Source: an uncultured Candidatus Poseidoniales archaeon (lineage in GTDB: Archaea; Thermoplasmatota; Poseidoniia; Poseidoniales; Poseidoniaceae). From it: a stretch of 64,000 nt of DNA. The stretch lies in NCBI GenBank assembly GCA_902520595.1, contig CABYOM010000001.1, positions 528-64,527 on the forward strand, read 5' to 3'. The translations under genes were made by a program, and so were the position numbers. The notes under the pieces were generated by a model, which worked only from the letters and a program-made list of their open reading frames with translations, ran no database searches and had not been told where the DNA came from. Shown piece after piece: positions 10,453 through 19,636 of the stretch; the first letter of the stretch is position 1, and every line of letters starts with the position of its first letter.

Positions 10453-10734
10453 TCAATTAAACCGCTCGTCCCATTCTCCTTTGTTAATGATTGCGAGGGC
10501 ATCATTGGCCCAGTGTCCGTCGATCTTGACACGCATTGAAACGCACGTTCCAATGACTTCTTTGGTTTGCGCCTTCAAGTCAGCGCCAGTCAGGTGACCG
10601 AGGCCGTGCTTCTCTTGAGCAACTTCCATTGCTTTCTCGAGGGGCAAATCTTCGACTGCAGCGTCAACACTACCATTGCACTTCTTTACACCAAGAGCTT
10701 TGATGATAAGTTTGGATGTCCAAGGTTTCGGCAT
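10453..10734 (-). CDS. rpl11: Ribosomal protein L11, C-terminal (rRNA-binding) domain only
   Basis: From Met 'MPKPWTSKLIIKALGVKKCNG...VIGTCVSMRVKIDG' the sequence matches the L11 linker plus C-terminal domain. The longer ORF (to 10872) overlaps spt5 and has no L11 N-domain signature (no PPxGPxLG). Confidence 0.65.
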   Translation of the reverse strand: MPKPWTSKLIIKALGVKKCNGSVDAAVEDLPLEKAMEVAQEKHGLGHLTGADLKAQTKEVIGTCVSMRVKIDGHWANDALAIINKGEWDERFN

Positions 10735-10834
10735 TGTTTCAACTCCATTGCTCACTATGTGGGCATTCAGCCGACAAAACACCCCTATATAATCGCGCTG
10801 TGCGATGGGAGTTGAGTGACTGAGCCCGATAAAA

Positions 10835-11764
10835 TCACTCGACACGCTCCACGACACGAACGTGGTCGCCACGCATGTTGAGGGTCATTGGAATTGGTTG
10901 TTCATACAATTCCATACTGACTTCTTCTTTGGATTCTGCTACACTGAGGACACGAGCCTTTTCGCCCTTGAATGCCCCAGTAACGATTTCGACGATGCAT
11001 CCCACTTCGATTCCAGAGGTTACAGCCTTTGGCTCGAGGTAAGGAAGAATATCTCCGAGAGGAGCCTCGCCAGGAAGAACGGTCTTAGCGTTCTTGAGAG
11101 GTGTTTGGTTCAGTCCTCGACGGGCTGCTGGATCTCGGCCACCGGAACGTCCAATCAATTTCTCAACATGGTGAAGAGCGCTTGATTCGATAAAGAGATA
11201 GCCTCGCATTCCGGTAGGGTGAAGAATCGACATGATGTCTGGAAGAAGTGCTGTGAGAGAACCACTTCCGTGAAGACGGTTATACATTTCATCAGCAACA
11301 CGTTGTTCAGAGCCAATTGCTGTCTTCACGATGTAAAGGAAAGAACCGACTGAGCCATACATTTCGCGGAACAATTTGTCATTGTTCTCCATATCGAGGT
11401 TGGAAAAGATACAGTTGTAGTTTTGAAGAGTTCCCGGGTCAATCCATTCAGATTCAACATAACGGCCTGTAGGCGCGACTTCTTGGGTGCTTGAAACAAC
11501 CAAAATTGGTACGACATCAACAAGTGAACGCCCCATGTCAACGCCTCGCTCAGGGCCTGAGCCTTGATAGTGGAGTGATTCGACAGGGATTCCTGTCGAT
11601 TCTGAAACTCGAGCGAGAACTTCTTCAGGTGTGTCGCCAATACCCCAAACGCCATCCCACAATGCGGGGAAGTCGCCATCGGATTTACTGCGGCGCAGCA
11701 AAAGGAGTTTCTCTTCAAATCGAACGTATGCTACAAATGCTTCACTCATTTCATTCATCTCCAA
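10835..11764 (-). CDS. spt5: Transcription elongation factor Spt5 (NusG) with a ~145-aa Nudix-like N-terminal extension
   Basis: The C-terminal half has NGN ('FLYIVKTAIGSEQRVADEM...GYLFIES') and KOW ('GCIVEIVTGAFKGEKARVLSV') domains. The N-terminal half carries a degenerate Nudix box 'GIGDTPEEVLARVSESTGI'. Confidence 0.85.
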   Translation of the reverse strand: MEMNEMSEAFVAYVRFEEKLLLLRRSKSDGDFPALWDGVWGIGDTPEEVLARVSESTGIPVESLHYQGSGPERGVDMGRSLVDVVPILVVSSTQEVAPTGRYVESEWIDPGTLQNYNCIFSNLDMENNDKLFREMYGSVGSFLYIVKTAIGSEQRVADEMYNRLHGSGSLTALLPDIMSILHPTGMRGYLFIESSALHHVEKLIGRSGGRDPAARRGLNQTPLKNAKTVLPGEAPLGDILPYLEPKAVTSGIEVGCIVEIVTGAFKGEKARVLSVAESKEEVSMELYEQPIPMTLNMRGDHVRVVERVE

Positions 11765-11771
11765 TATGTAT

Positions 11772-12041
11772 TCAGTTTCCGATGTTCAATACATCGAAAA
11801 GCCAAGGCAGGAAGTTGTCCATCAAGACCAGCATGGCGAAACCAATTGCACCAAGAACAAACAAACCGATACCACAGATAATGGAGGTTTGCTTAAATTC
11901 TTGAGCGGACGGCTTACGAGCCATTCGGATAATACGTGCCCAAGAACCCCGAGAGATTCGGCGGAATTGGGATTCAATCCAGTCTTGACGGTCCTGAACT
12001 TTATCTTCGAATGAGCGTTTTTCTGCAGTTTCACCAGACAT
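11772..12041 (-). CDS. secE: Preprotein translocase subunit SecE/Sec61-gamma
   Basis: Small protein with a single C-terminal TM ('IICGIGLFVLGAIGFAMLVLM') directly upstream of spt5. ATG at 12041 is preceded by GAGG; the ORF track extends to a GTG at 12068. Confidence 0.8.
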   Translation of the reverse strand: MSGETAEKRSFEDKVQDRQDWIESQFRRISRGSWARIIRMARKPSAQEFKQTSIICGIGLFVLGAIGFAMLVLMDNFLPWLFDVLNIGN

Positions 12042-12178
12042 GGTACAACCTCGGGCCTTCAACGCCACCTACCCTCCCAATATAACCACTCCGTCGCGGG
12101 ATGTGAGATAATCTCTGCTCAAATTTCAAGATTTTGCGTTGCGAGGGTTGATGTGGGAGTGACGGAGAAGAGCGTCCA

Positions 12179-13075
12179 ATGGCGCAGCAAGACCCCTATT
12201 CAGTTTTGGGCGTTGGCCGTAATTCAAGCGATGTTGAAATCAAGCGGGCGTTTCGCAAAAAAGCACGCCAATACCATCCGGACCGGAATCCGGACGATGC
12301 GTCTGCTGAAGCGAAATTCAAAGAAGTTCAAGCCGCGTATGAATCAATAGCAACTGCAAAAGATCGAAATGAATTCGAACAACAACAACGCATGTCTTCT
12401 ATGTTCGGCGGAGGGGGAGGTGCCTCCTTTGGCGGAGGGGGAATGGAAGATATCCTCGGCCAGATGTTTGGCGGAGGGGGACGGCCACGTGGAGGAAATC
12501 CATTCGGTGGCATGGGCCAACAACCTCGACAAAGGCAGAGACGCCCCAAAGGCTCAGACATTGGGGTTAGCCTTGATTTAACAACTGAAGAAGCAGAAAA
12601 GGGCGGCGTTTTTTCGTTCTCATTTAAGCGGCTCAAACAAAACCAGCTTGGTAAGATGGAAGCGACATCAACAACGTTGCGTACTTCGGTAAAGGCTGGC
12701 ATTAAACATGGTACAACGACCCGAATGAAAGGGCAAGGTCACGACCACCCAGAAGGCGATGCTGGGGACGTCATGTTAACGATTCGAATTCAATTTGGCG
12801 AAGGGCGCTTTTGGGATGGGGAAGTTCTGGTCCAAGAAGTACCTACTCCTTTCAGCACTCTCATGCTAGGTGGAAAGGTCAAAGTGACGCTTCCTTCAAA
12901 CAAGAAAATTATGCTGAGTGTTGCTCCCGAAACATTGGTCGGAGATCGCCAGCGAATTGCAGGCGCAGGTTACGATGGTGGAGACTTAGAACTTGAGTTC
13001 GTATTACCGGATTATGATGAATTGACTCCCCAACAAAAACAAGCTCTTGAGACACTTAAAGACGCTGGATTGTAG
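12179..13075 (+). CDS. J-domain co-chaperone (DnaJ/CbpA-like, no Zn-finger domain)
   Basis: J-domain 'DPYSVLGV...YHPDRNP', a G/F-rich linker and a DnaJ C-terminal beta domain. No CxxCxGxG repeats. Confidence 0.85.
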   Translation: MAQQDPYSVLGVGRNSSDVEIKRAFRKKARQYHPDRNPDDASAEAKFKEVQAAYESIATAKDRNEFEQQQRMSSMFGGGGGASFGGGGMEDILGQMFGGGGRPRGGNPFGGMGQQPRQRQRRPKGSDIGVSLDLTTEEAEKGGVFSFSFKRLKQNQLGKMEATSTTLRTSVKAGIKHGTTTRMKGQGHDHPEGDAGDVMLTIRIQFGEGRFWDGEVLVQEVPTPFSTLMLGGKVKVTLPSNKKIMLSVAPETLVGDRQRIAGAGYDGGDLELEFVLPDYDELTPQQKQALETLKDAGL

Positions 13076-13083
13076 GTGTGTGT

Positions 13084-15456
13084 ATGGGTCGTCGAGGCAA
13101 ACACAATAATCGTGGCTCAAAAAACCACACCAAAGGCCCACAACTTTCAGACAGTGAACGTCTTTGGAAACGCCTTGCAAGCCACTTTTCTCATGAACAG
13201 GAAAACTGGAGTGCTGAATGGAGTGGAGATTCGATTGCAGACTACCTTATTCAACGGGAAAAGCTCGACATCGAATTTGCTAAAGACCAACGCTCAGAAC
13301 GGGCCTTTCGCAGTAGTATCGGCGAAATTATAGCCCATGCTCGTTCTAAAAATGAACATTTTGTCGAAGTAGAAAACAAGTGTGTGCGAATACGAACTCC
13401 AAACGAGACGGAACAAATCAAATCTTCGACTTTAGATTGGAAGGCCTTTGTAGCGACTCATGCCTCCAAAGGGAAGACTGGTCTGCATGGACGCCCTGCA
13501 ATCATCCAAGAAAATGCCCATCTCATTCCGTCGATGAACCAGGAAGATATTGAGCGGTACGCATTATTGGAAGAGGTTTGGATGGCTCATTTGAGCGGAA
13601 ATGATTACCCCGATTCCTTTTCTCTTCTCAAAGATGAAGTTGTTCGTTCATGGGGCAAATTTGATCTGGTTCGTGAAGCGAGATTCATCGCAAATCGGCG
13701 CTCAGGTTTGCGGTTCCGAGATGCCGAGCCGAGTATGGCACTGCTCCTCATTCAGTCCGGCCGCATCAATGCTCGAAGTCTGCTCGATTTACGGCTTGAG
13801 AACAAACGAAAAGGAGGATGGAATCCCTTTCCAAGAACCTATGATGAAGCACTGGTAGAGGCTGCAAACCGCTTACCTGAGTTGGATGGTGATAGCGAAA
13901 TTTCTGAGCATAGGAGAGATTTACGCCACCTTCCATTTGTCACCATTGACCCGCACGATGCAAAAGATTTCGATGATGCTGTCTGCCTTGTGGAGGATGG
14001 CGGCGCCCGAACATTGTGGGTCGCCATTGCTGATGTTGCGCATTATGTTCGACCAGATTCACGATTGGATGGGGCTGCCCGGGCACGTGCAACTTCGGTC
14101 TATTTACCGCATGCAGTATTACCAATGTTGCCGCCTCGACTGGCAGATGATTTGTGTTCACTTCGCGCAGGTGTTGATCGGCTTGCAATGGTGGTTGCGA
14201 TGGAAATTGATACCCATGACGTCATCGTAAAATGCACTGCATATGAAGCAGTCATCAGTGTTGCTGAAAACTTAGCCTATGAAGATGCACTCGACAATCC
14301 ACGATTTGCCGGAATGTTCTCATTGGCAAAATCCTGGCAAGCCAAAGAAGTTCGACTGAACATACAAAACGCCGAATTACGTCCAAGATTGCACGGTGAT
14401 GAAAGCATTCGAGTCGATGTGAAATGGCCGAATGCAGCGACACAAATGATCGAGTCGTTCATGGTTGCAACCAACGCATCAGTCGGACATCTGCTCGGCA
14501 AGGAGGGCGCACCTCTCCCATGGCGATGTCACACTCCGCCAGACGCCCTTGAAGTCGAAGAACTCAATGCAAAATTGGATGCTCTTGGTGTCGATATTGA
14601 ATTGCCTATGCCGAGTATACGAACGCATGGCCAATCAGAAGAAAGCGAACTCACTGACCTGCTCGCAGGCTGGGCTGGCGGTTCAATCGATACATCAGGT
14701 ATGCAACCTACCGAGAGAGAAACACCCGATAACGTCCCGGAATATCTCTCCAGTGTCCTTGATTCTAAAGCACGTCAAGATATTCTTGATGCACTTGAAC
14801 GCGCTCAAAGACAAGCATCAGAACTGAAAGGGCCAATTCGTCGAGTTGTGGACCAGGGCCTTTTCCATCTCATGCAAAGAGCGACCTACAGCGAAGAAAA
14901 CCTTGGACATTTTGGACTCAACCTCGATGCCTATGTTCACTTTACCAGTCCAATTCGTCGATATCCTGATTTGATGGCTCACCGTCAATTGAAAGCATAT
15001 CTACGCAATGAGGCGTGGGTTCATTCGCTTGAGGAAACTGCCAAAATTTCCAAACATTGCAGCGAGCAAGGACATACTGCAAAGCGTATGGAATGGGAAC
15101 TTGTCGCCAATGCGTATCACCTTCATTTATTGAGAGGAGGGAAGATCGGTGGCGAAAGTTCAGCTGAATCAACGCCCCTGGAACACACGTCATGGAATGC
15201 TCGAATTACCGGTTTACGCACGCCATGGGTCTTCTTGGATTTGGCAGACGATGGTGCAATTCACGGTCGCATGCACCTGCGGCAAATTGGTGGCAAAACA
15301 CAGATGAGTGTTGATGAATACGGGCTTGCAGTCATTCCTGCAGAACCTGACCAACGCGGTGAGCAACATCCCGTTGTTCAACTTGGCCAAATATTCCCGT
15401 GCCGTTTACGCGGCCTTGATGTATGGGCAGGTTCACTGGACTTGGCGCCAAATTAA
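13084..15456 (+). CDS. rnr: RNB-family 3'-5' exoribonuclease (RNase R/II-like)
   Basis: 'LPFVTIDPHDAKDFDDAV', 'HFGL...YVHFTSPIRRYPDLMAHRQL' and a C-terminal S1-like region. ATG at 13084 (GTG at 13078 in the track). Confidence 0.85.
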   Translation: MGRRGKHNNRGSKNHTKGPQLSDSERLWKRLASHFSHEQENWSAEWSGDSIADYLIQREKLDIEFAKDQRSERAFRSSIGEIIAHARSKNEHFVEVENKCVRIRTPNETEQIKSSTLDWKAFVATHASKGKTGLHGRPAIIQENAHLIPSMNQEDIERYALLEEVWMAHLSGNDYPDSFSLLKDEVVRSWGKFDLVREARFIANRRSGLRFRDAEPSMALLLIQSGRINARSLLDLRLENKRKGGWNPFPRTYDEALVEAANRLPELDGDSEISEHRRDLRHLPFVTIDPHDAKDFDDAVCLVEDGGARTLWVAIADVAHYVRPDSRLDGAARARATSVYLPHAVLPMLPPRLADDLCSLRAGVDRLAMVVAMEIDTHDVIVKCTAYEAVISVAENLAYEDALDNPRFAGMFSLAKSWQAKEVRLNIQNAELRPRLHGDESIRVDVKWPNAATQMIESFMVATNASVGHLLGKEGAPLPWRCHTPPDALEVEELNAKLDALGVDIELPMPSIRTHGQSEESELTDLLAGWAGGSIDTSGMQPTERETPDNVPEYLSSVLDSKARQDILDALERAQRQASELKGPIRRVVDQGLFHLMQRATYSEENLGHFGLNLDAYVHFTSPIRRYPDLMAHRQLKAYLRNEAWVHSLEETAKISKHCSEQGHTAKRMEWELVANAYHLHLLRGGKIGGESSAESTPLEHTSWNARITGLRTPWVFLDLADDGAIHGRMHLRQIGGKTQMSVDEYGLAVIPAEPDQRGEQHPVVQLGQIFPCRLRGLDVWAGSLDLAPN

Positions 15457-15555
15457 TTCTGTAGCACGCCTTTACCGTAGTCAAGAGCAAGCGTTTATAT
15501 CGACTATAATAAACGCACAAACGATAAGATTCAACTGTCCATAAGGTGATGAAAA

Positions 15556-17838
15556 ATGACCGGTACGCACACATTTTCCATCGACATCAGCGGGATGTCG
15601 TGCGGTGCATGCGTGGCCTCGGTCGAAAAAGTGACCTCACGAATCGAGGCAGTGGCCGATGTTTCAGTCAATCTTGGGTTGAGTAAAGCACGTGTCGAAC
15701 TGAAGTCTGAAAGTAATGTTTCCAAATCTCAAAAAGAAGTTCTTGCCGCAATTGTACGGGCTGGATACGAGGCGAAAATCGTCAGAAACAAGCCGGTTCT
15801 CATTGACCAAGCCAAACAACAGTTGCGATTTCAGAGAAACAAAGCAGCCTTCGCCCTTTTACTGGCATTACCAACCCTCTACCTGTCTATGTTTGCTGAA
15901 GACATGGGCGAAATTGCAGGTTTAAACACGCGCCTGCTCCTTGCAATGTTCGCGACAACGCCCGTTTATTTTTGGTCGGGCTGGGCGTTCCACTCGAAAG
16001 CTTGGACTTCCTTGCGTAACAGAACGGCAAACATGGACGTTCTCGTGCATTTGGGAACGACTGTCGCTTTTGTGTGGTCTGTTCTGCTTACACTCGCTCC
16101 ATTGATGTCCTTTCTTCCATCGATGTTCTCAACATCAACACACGTCTTCTATGATGGGGTTGTATTCATCATTGGATTCATTTTGTTAGGGAATTGGATG
16201 GAAGCTGCTGCAAAAATCAAAGCAACTGACGCCATTCATTCTCTGATGCAACTTCAACCAAAAGAGGCGCGATACGTTACCGATGAAGAGCATAAGCACA
16301 CAGAAACTCGAGATGTTGACGCAATTGCTGTAGGCTCGTTAATCAAAGTACTTGCCGGAGAAACAATTCCCTTGGACGGGGTATTGTTCCAGTGCAAGGC
16401 CAGTATTGATGAGTCAACCATGACGGGGGAGCCTTACCCCGTACGCAAAACAGACGGCCAAGAAGTCGTTGCTGGAACCATTGTTCTTGATGGCAGCGTC
16501 TTCATTCGAACAACTCGAGTTGCAGATGACACTTTGCTTTCAAACATTGTCGACTTGGTCGAGGAAGCGCAAATGGGTAAAGCTCCAATCCAGCGTTTAG
16601 TTGACAGAATTGCTGCAGTATTTGTGCCAATTGTCGTGCTTCTTGCCGTGCTTGCAGCGTGTTTCTGGCTGCTCTATCCAAATTCGAGTTCTTACAATCC
16701 TATGGAGACAAACGCTGAGTTAGCCATGATGGTTTTGGTTTCAAGTTTAGTTATAGCATGCCCATGTGCACTTGGCCTAGCAACACCTACCGCATTGATC
16801 GTTGGAACTGGCGTAGGTGCACGCTACGGGATTTTAATCAAAGGAATAGAGGCGCTCGAACATGCACATTCGACCGATACTTTGGTTGTGGATAAAACTG
16901 GAACATTGACCTCAGGAAAACCTCGAGTGAGCCATATTGAATTACTTGATTGTGAAGTCAAAGAAATCTTGTCCATTGCTGCGGCACTGGAAGAAGAATC
17001 GAATCACCCTCTTGCATCTGCAATTCGCACTTCATGGTCCAACGTCACCGCAGAGCGGCCGGATGTAAAGGGAATTCAAACCATGCCTGGGCTAGGAATG
17101 ATTGGTGATCTTGACGGCGCAGTTGTAGCAATAGGAAATGCCGAATTGATGGAAGATGTCGGTGTTGAAATTACAGAAGAAGTTCTACAGAAACTTGCTG
17201 CTGCCGCAAAGAAAGGCGTCACCTTGGTGATGGTGAGTATGGGCCTTAGATTGCTCGGATGGATTGAAGCAAAAGACCGGATTCGAGAAACCTCCAAACA
17301 GGCAGTCAAACGAGCAAAACAAATGGGCTACGATATCATAATGCTCACGGGTGACCGAGAAGAGGCTGCACAAACCGTTGCAGAAGAAGTGGGCATTGAA
17401 ACGGTTATTGCCGGAGTTAAACCTGATGAAAAAGCGCACCAAATTGCAGCTTTACAAGCGAAAGGAAAGACGGTCGCAATGGTTGGAGACGGCATTAATG
17501 ATGCTGCTGCTTTATCGATGGCTGATGTTGGACTAGCAATGGGGGCTGGCTCTGACATCGCTTTAGATGCCGCAGACTTTGTATTGCTTCGTAACGACTT
17601 AATCGATGCTGTCGCTTCACTCAACCTTGGCAGAAGTACAATGCGACGTGTGCGCAGTAACCTTGGATGGGCGTTCATTTACAATGCAATCGGTATCCCG
17701 TTGGCAATGGGTGTATTGTTACCGTTCACTGGATTCTTACTTCCACCTGCCTTTGCCGCTGCTGCAATGTCTCTCTCTTCGGTCAGTGTTGTAGGAAACT
17801 CTCTGCTTCTACGTTGGTGGAGGCCAAGTCTCGAATAA
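15556..17838 (+). CDS. copA: Copper-translocating P1B-type ATPase
   Basis: N-terminal HMA 'GMSCGACV', the TM 'CPC' motif ('ACPCALGLATP'), 'DKTGTLT' and 'GDGINDA'. Confidence 0.92.
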   Translation: MTGTHTFSIDISGMSCGACVASVEKVTSRIEAVADVSVNLGLSKARVELKSESNVSKSQKEVLAAIVRAGYEAKIVRNKPVLIDQAKQQLRFQRNKAAFALLLALPTLYLSMFAEDMGEIAGLNTRLLLAMFATTPVYFWSGWAFHSKAWTSLRNRTANMDVLVHLGTTVAFVWSVLLTLAPLMSFLPSMFSTSTHVFYDGVVFIIGFILLGNWMEAAAKIKATDAIHSLMQLQPKEARYVTDEEHKHTETRDVDAIAVGSLIKVLAGETIPLDGVLFQCKASIDESTMTGEPYPVRKTDGQEVVAGTIVLDGSVFIRTTRVADDTLLSNIVDLVEEAQMGKAPIQRLVDRIAAVFVPIVVLLAVLAACFWLLYPNSSSYNPMETNAELAMMVLVSSLVIACPCALGLATPTALIVGTGVGARYGILIKGIEALEHAHSTDTLVVDKTGTLTSGKPRVSHIELLDCEVKEILSIAAALEEESNHPLASAIRTSWSNVTAERPDVKGIQTMPGLGMIGDLDGAVVAIGNAELMEDVGVEITEEVLQKLAAAAKKGVTLVMVSMGLRLLGWIEAKDRIRETSKQAVKRAKQMGYDIIMLTGDREEAAQTVAEEVGIETVIAGVKPDEKAHQIAALQAKGKTVAMVGDGINDAAALSMADVGLAMGAGSDIALDAADFVLLRNDLIDAVASLNLGRSTMRRVRSNLGWAFIYNAIGIPLAMGVLLPFTGFLLPPAFAAAAMSLSSVSVVGNSLLLRWWRPSLE

Positions 17839-17868
17839 GTTCAAGAAGGACCTCTCAATGGTTCAACC

Positions 17869-18081
17869 ATGGACCAAACTGTACATTACCTCTCAATTTC
17901 AGGCATGACCTGCGGTTGCTGCTCTGGACGAGTCACGCGTGCATTAGAGGCAACTCCTGGCGTCCTCAAAGCGCTCATTTCTTTTGAAGACAACAACGGA
18001 AACATCTTGACGAACGCTGATGTCAACAGATCAACACTGGTTGAAGTTGTCAAATCAGTAGGATTCGAAGCATCCGCTTGA
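17869..18081 (+). CDS. copZ: Heavy-metal-associated copper chaperone
   Basis: 70 aa with 'ISGMTCGCCSGRV', an HMA fold motif, directly after copA. Confidence 0.85.
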   Translation: MDQTVHYLSISGMTCGCCSGRVTRALEATPGVLKALISFEDNNGNILTNADVNRSTLVEVVKSVGFEASA

Positions 18082-18122
18082 AGCGTTTGTTTCAAATCCA
18101 AGAGGCGCCGCCATCTGTTTGC

Positions 18123-18206
18123 GCGGGGGTCGCCCAGCTTGGTCAACGGCGGTGGGTTTAGGTCCCATTCCTTATCGGTTCGCAGGTTCGAATCCTGCCT
18201 CCCGCA
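18123..18206 (+). tRNA. tRNA-Leu (anticodon UAG), class II with long variable arm
   Basis: Hand-folded. Acceptor GCGGGGG/CTCCCGC (one G-U), anticodon stem GTGGG/CCCAT with loop TT-TAG-GT, a 13-nt variable arm, T arm GCAGG-TTCGAAT-CCTGC and discriminator A. CCA is not encoded. Confidence 0.85.
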
Positions 18207-18245
18207 CTCTTTCAGTTTTAGAATACAGTCTCATCAGGTATTGAT

Positions 18246-19508
18246 TTACACGGGTGAAACCTTGAGGAATCCAAACTGACTGTTATCCACTGCGACAACA
18301 GCCCCACCATCAATGGTAAGACAGATGTCCTCACCGGCCCAATCTCCATTTTCCGCACCTGCAAATGTTGATTCCCACTCTAATACTCCAGAAGAATTGA
18401 ATTTGATAAGGTAGACTCGCCAACTATCGGAGCAGTCATCCCCATTACACTCAGAGTATGAGGAGTATTCATCTCCAGTTCCGGCAACAATGACAACTCC
18501 ACCATCACCGGTAGCTTTGGCACCCCAAACCTCGTCGTGAATGTACGCAGGATTGAAACCTCTTGGGTTGCCTTTTTTCACTTCCCAAATCAAATCGCCA
18601 TCGTTGCTTATTTTCATGGTATAGGTGTCCCAATTCTCCGTTCCTGACAAGGTGTGTCCAGAGAGAAAGAATGTCCCGTCTGTAGCGATATCAAAAGCAA
18701 AATTGTGATCACTTGAATCGCCACCATATGTTTTCGCCCAGATGATAGTCCCGTCTATTTCCATCTTAATTACTGCATAATCGAGAGCCTCTTCGGTTAG
18801 GCCTGAGATAATTAATTGGTTGTTGAAAAGTCCGATTCGGTATCCCTGAGCAATGTGAGAATTGAGACTTTGAGATGAGGTTTGATTTCCGTTTTCATCC
18901 ATGAAAACCATGTGGCCTCTGCCCTCGGTGAAAAACGTATTTTCCCTATCTTCAGCTTGGATGTATCCCACCGCAGCGAATCCATTCTCAAGTTTAACGA
19001 TGCTTTCGTATGCATCACTTCCACCGTTATTTTCAGACTGTAAAAAAACGGTTGAGCCGTCTTCTTTGTTCAGTTTGATTACCGTGCTGTCCTCATCAAT
19101 TGCTCCAACGATGATGTATCCATCAGCCACTTCAATTGCGCTATTGCCGAGATTATGACCTGCACTTCCAAATTCTTTTTTCCACTCGAGGACCCCGTTT
19201 TGGTCAACCTTAGCAACCAGAACTTTAGCACTGTCCGGAATGAATCCCGTTTCTCCGATTTGTAAGAATCCTCCATCACTGCACGCCATAATGAAGTGTC
19301 CGTGTGACTCTTCTTGCGAACCAGAAACTGTAGATATCCACGCTTGTTGAGGCGCTTGGGCCAACTCTTCGGGTTCCAAAATAGTCATAATGTCTTCAAG
19401 AGGTTCGACGGACTCATCGGAAAATTCATCTTCCTCAGTTCCGTAACAACCAGAAAGAGAACTCACAACAAATAACAGGCACATTGTAACGGCCAAGTGC
19501 TTCTTCAT
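18246..19508 (-). CDS. Secreted lipoprotein with repeated beta-propeller-like units
   Basis: Signal peptide plus lipobox 'MKKHLAVTMCLLFVVSSLSGC'. The repeated 'G..I/V.G.T...D.....K....G...W' pattern suggests a beta-propeller. Confidence 0.6.
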   Translation of the reverse strand: MKKHLAVTMCLLFVVSSLSGCYGTEEDEFSDESVEPLEDIMTILEPEELAQAPQQAWISTVSGSQEESHGHFIMACSDGGFLQIGETGFIPDSAKVLVAKVDQNGVLEWKKEFGSAGHNLGNSAIEVADGYIIVGAIDEDSTVIKLNKEDGSTVFLQSENNGGSDAYESIVKLENGFAAVGYIQAEDRENTFFTEGRGHMVFMDENGNQTSSQSLNSHIAQGYRIGLFNNQLIISGLTEEALDYAVIKMEIDGTIIWAKTYGGDSSDHNFAFDIATDGTFFLSGHTLSGTENWDTYTMKISNDGDLIWEVKKGNPRGFNPAYIHDEVWGAKATGDGGVVIVAGTGDEYSSYSECNGDDCSDSWRVYLIKFNSSGVLEWESTFAGAENGDWAGEDICLTIDGGAVVAVDNSQFGFLKVSPV

Positions 19509-19636
19509 TTTGCAAAGCAAGAGCAGGAGATTTATGATAATTCTATTGCAGAGAAACTCAGGACGAGTGACAAATGGATGAAATCATTTGACATTTCCGG
19601 AGATTTATTTTTATCCTCACCATCAATGTAAATGCA

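Noticed and set aside
12328-12702. 124-aa P/G-rich minus-strand ORF
   Set aside because: It is antisense to the G/F-rich linker of the J-domain protein, so it is a compositional artefact.
18123-18206. tRNA-Leu as the integration site of the island
   Set aside because: It lies 10 kb upstream of the island and is separated from it by ordinary genes (ABC transporter, katG, aminotransferase). I saw no copy of the tRNA 3' end near 28.3 or 56.2 kb.
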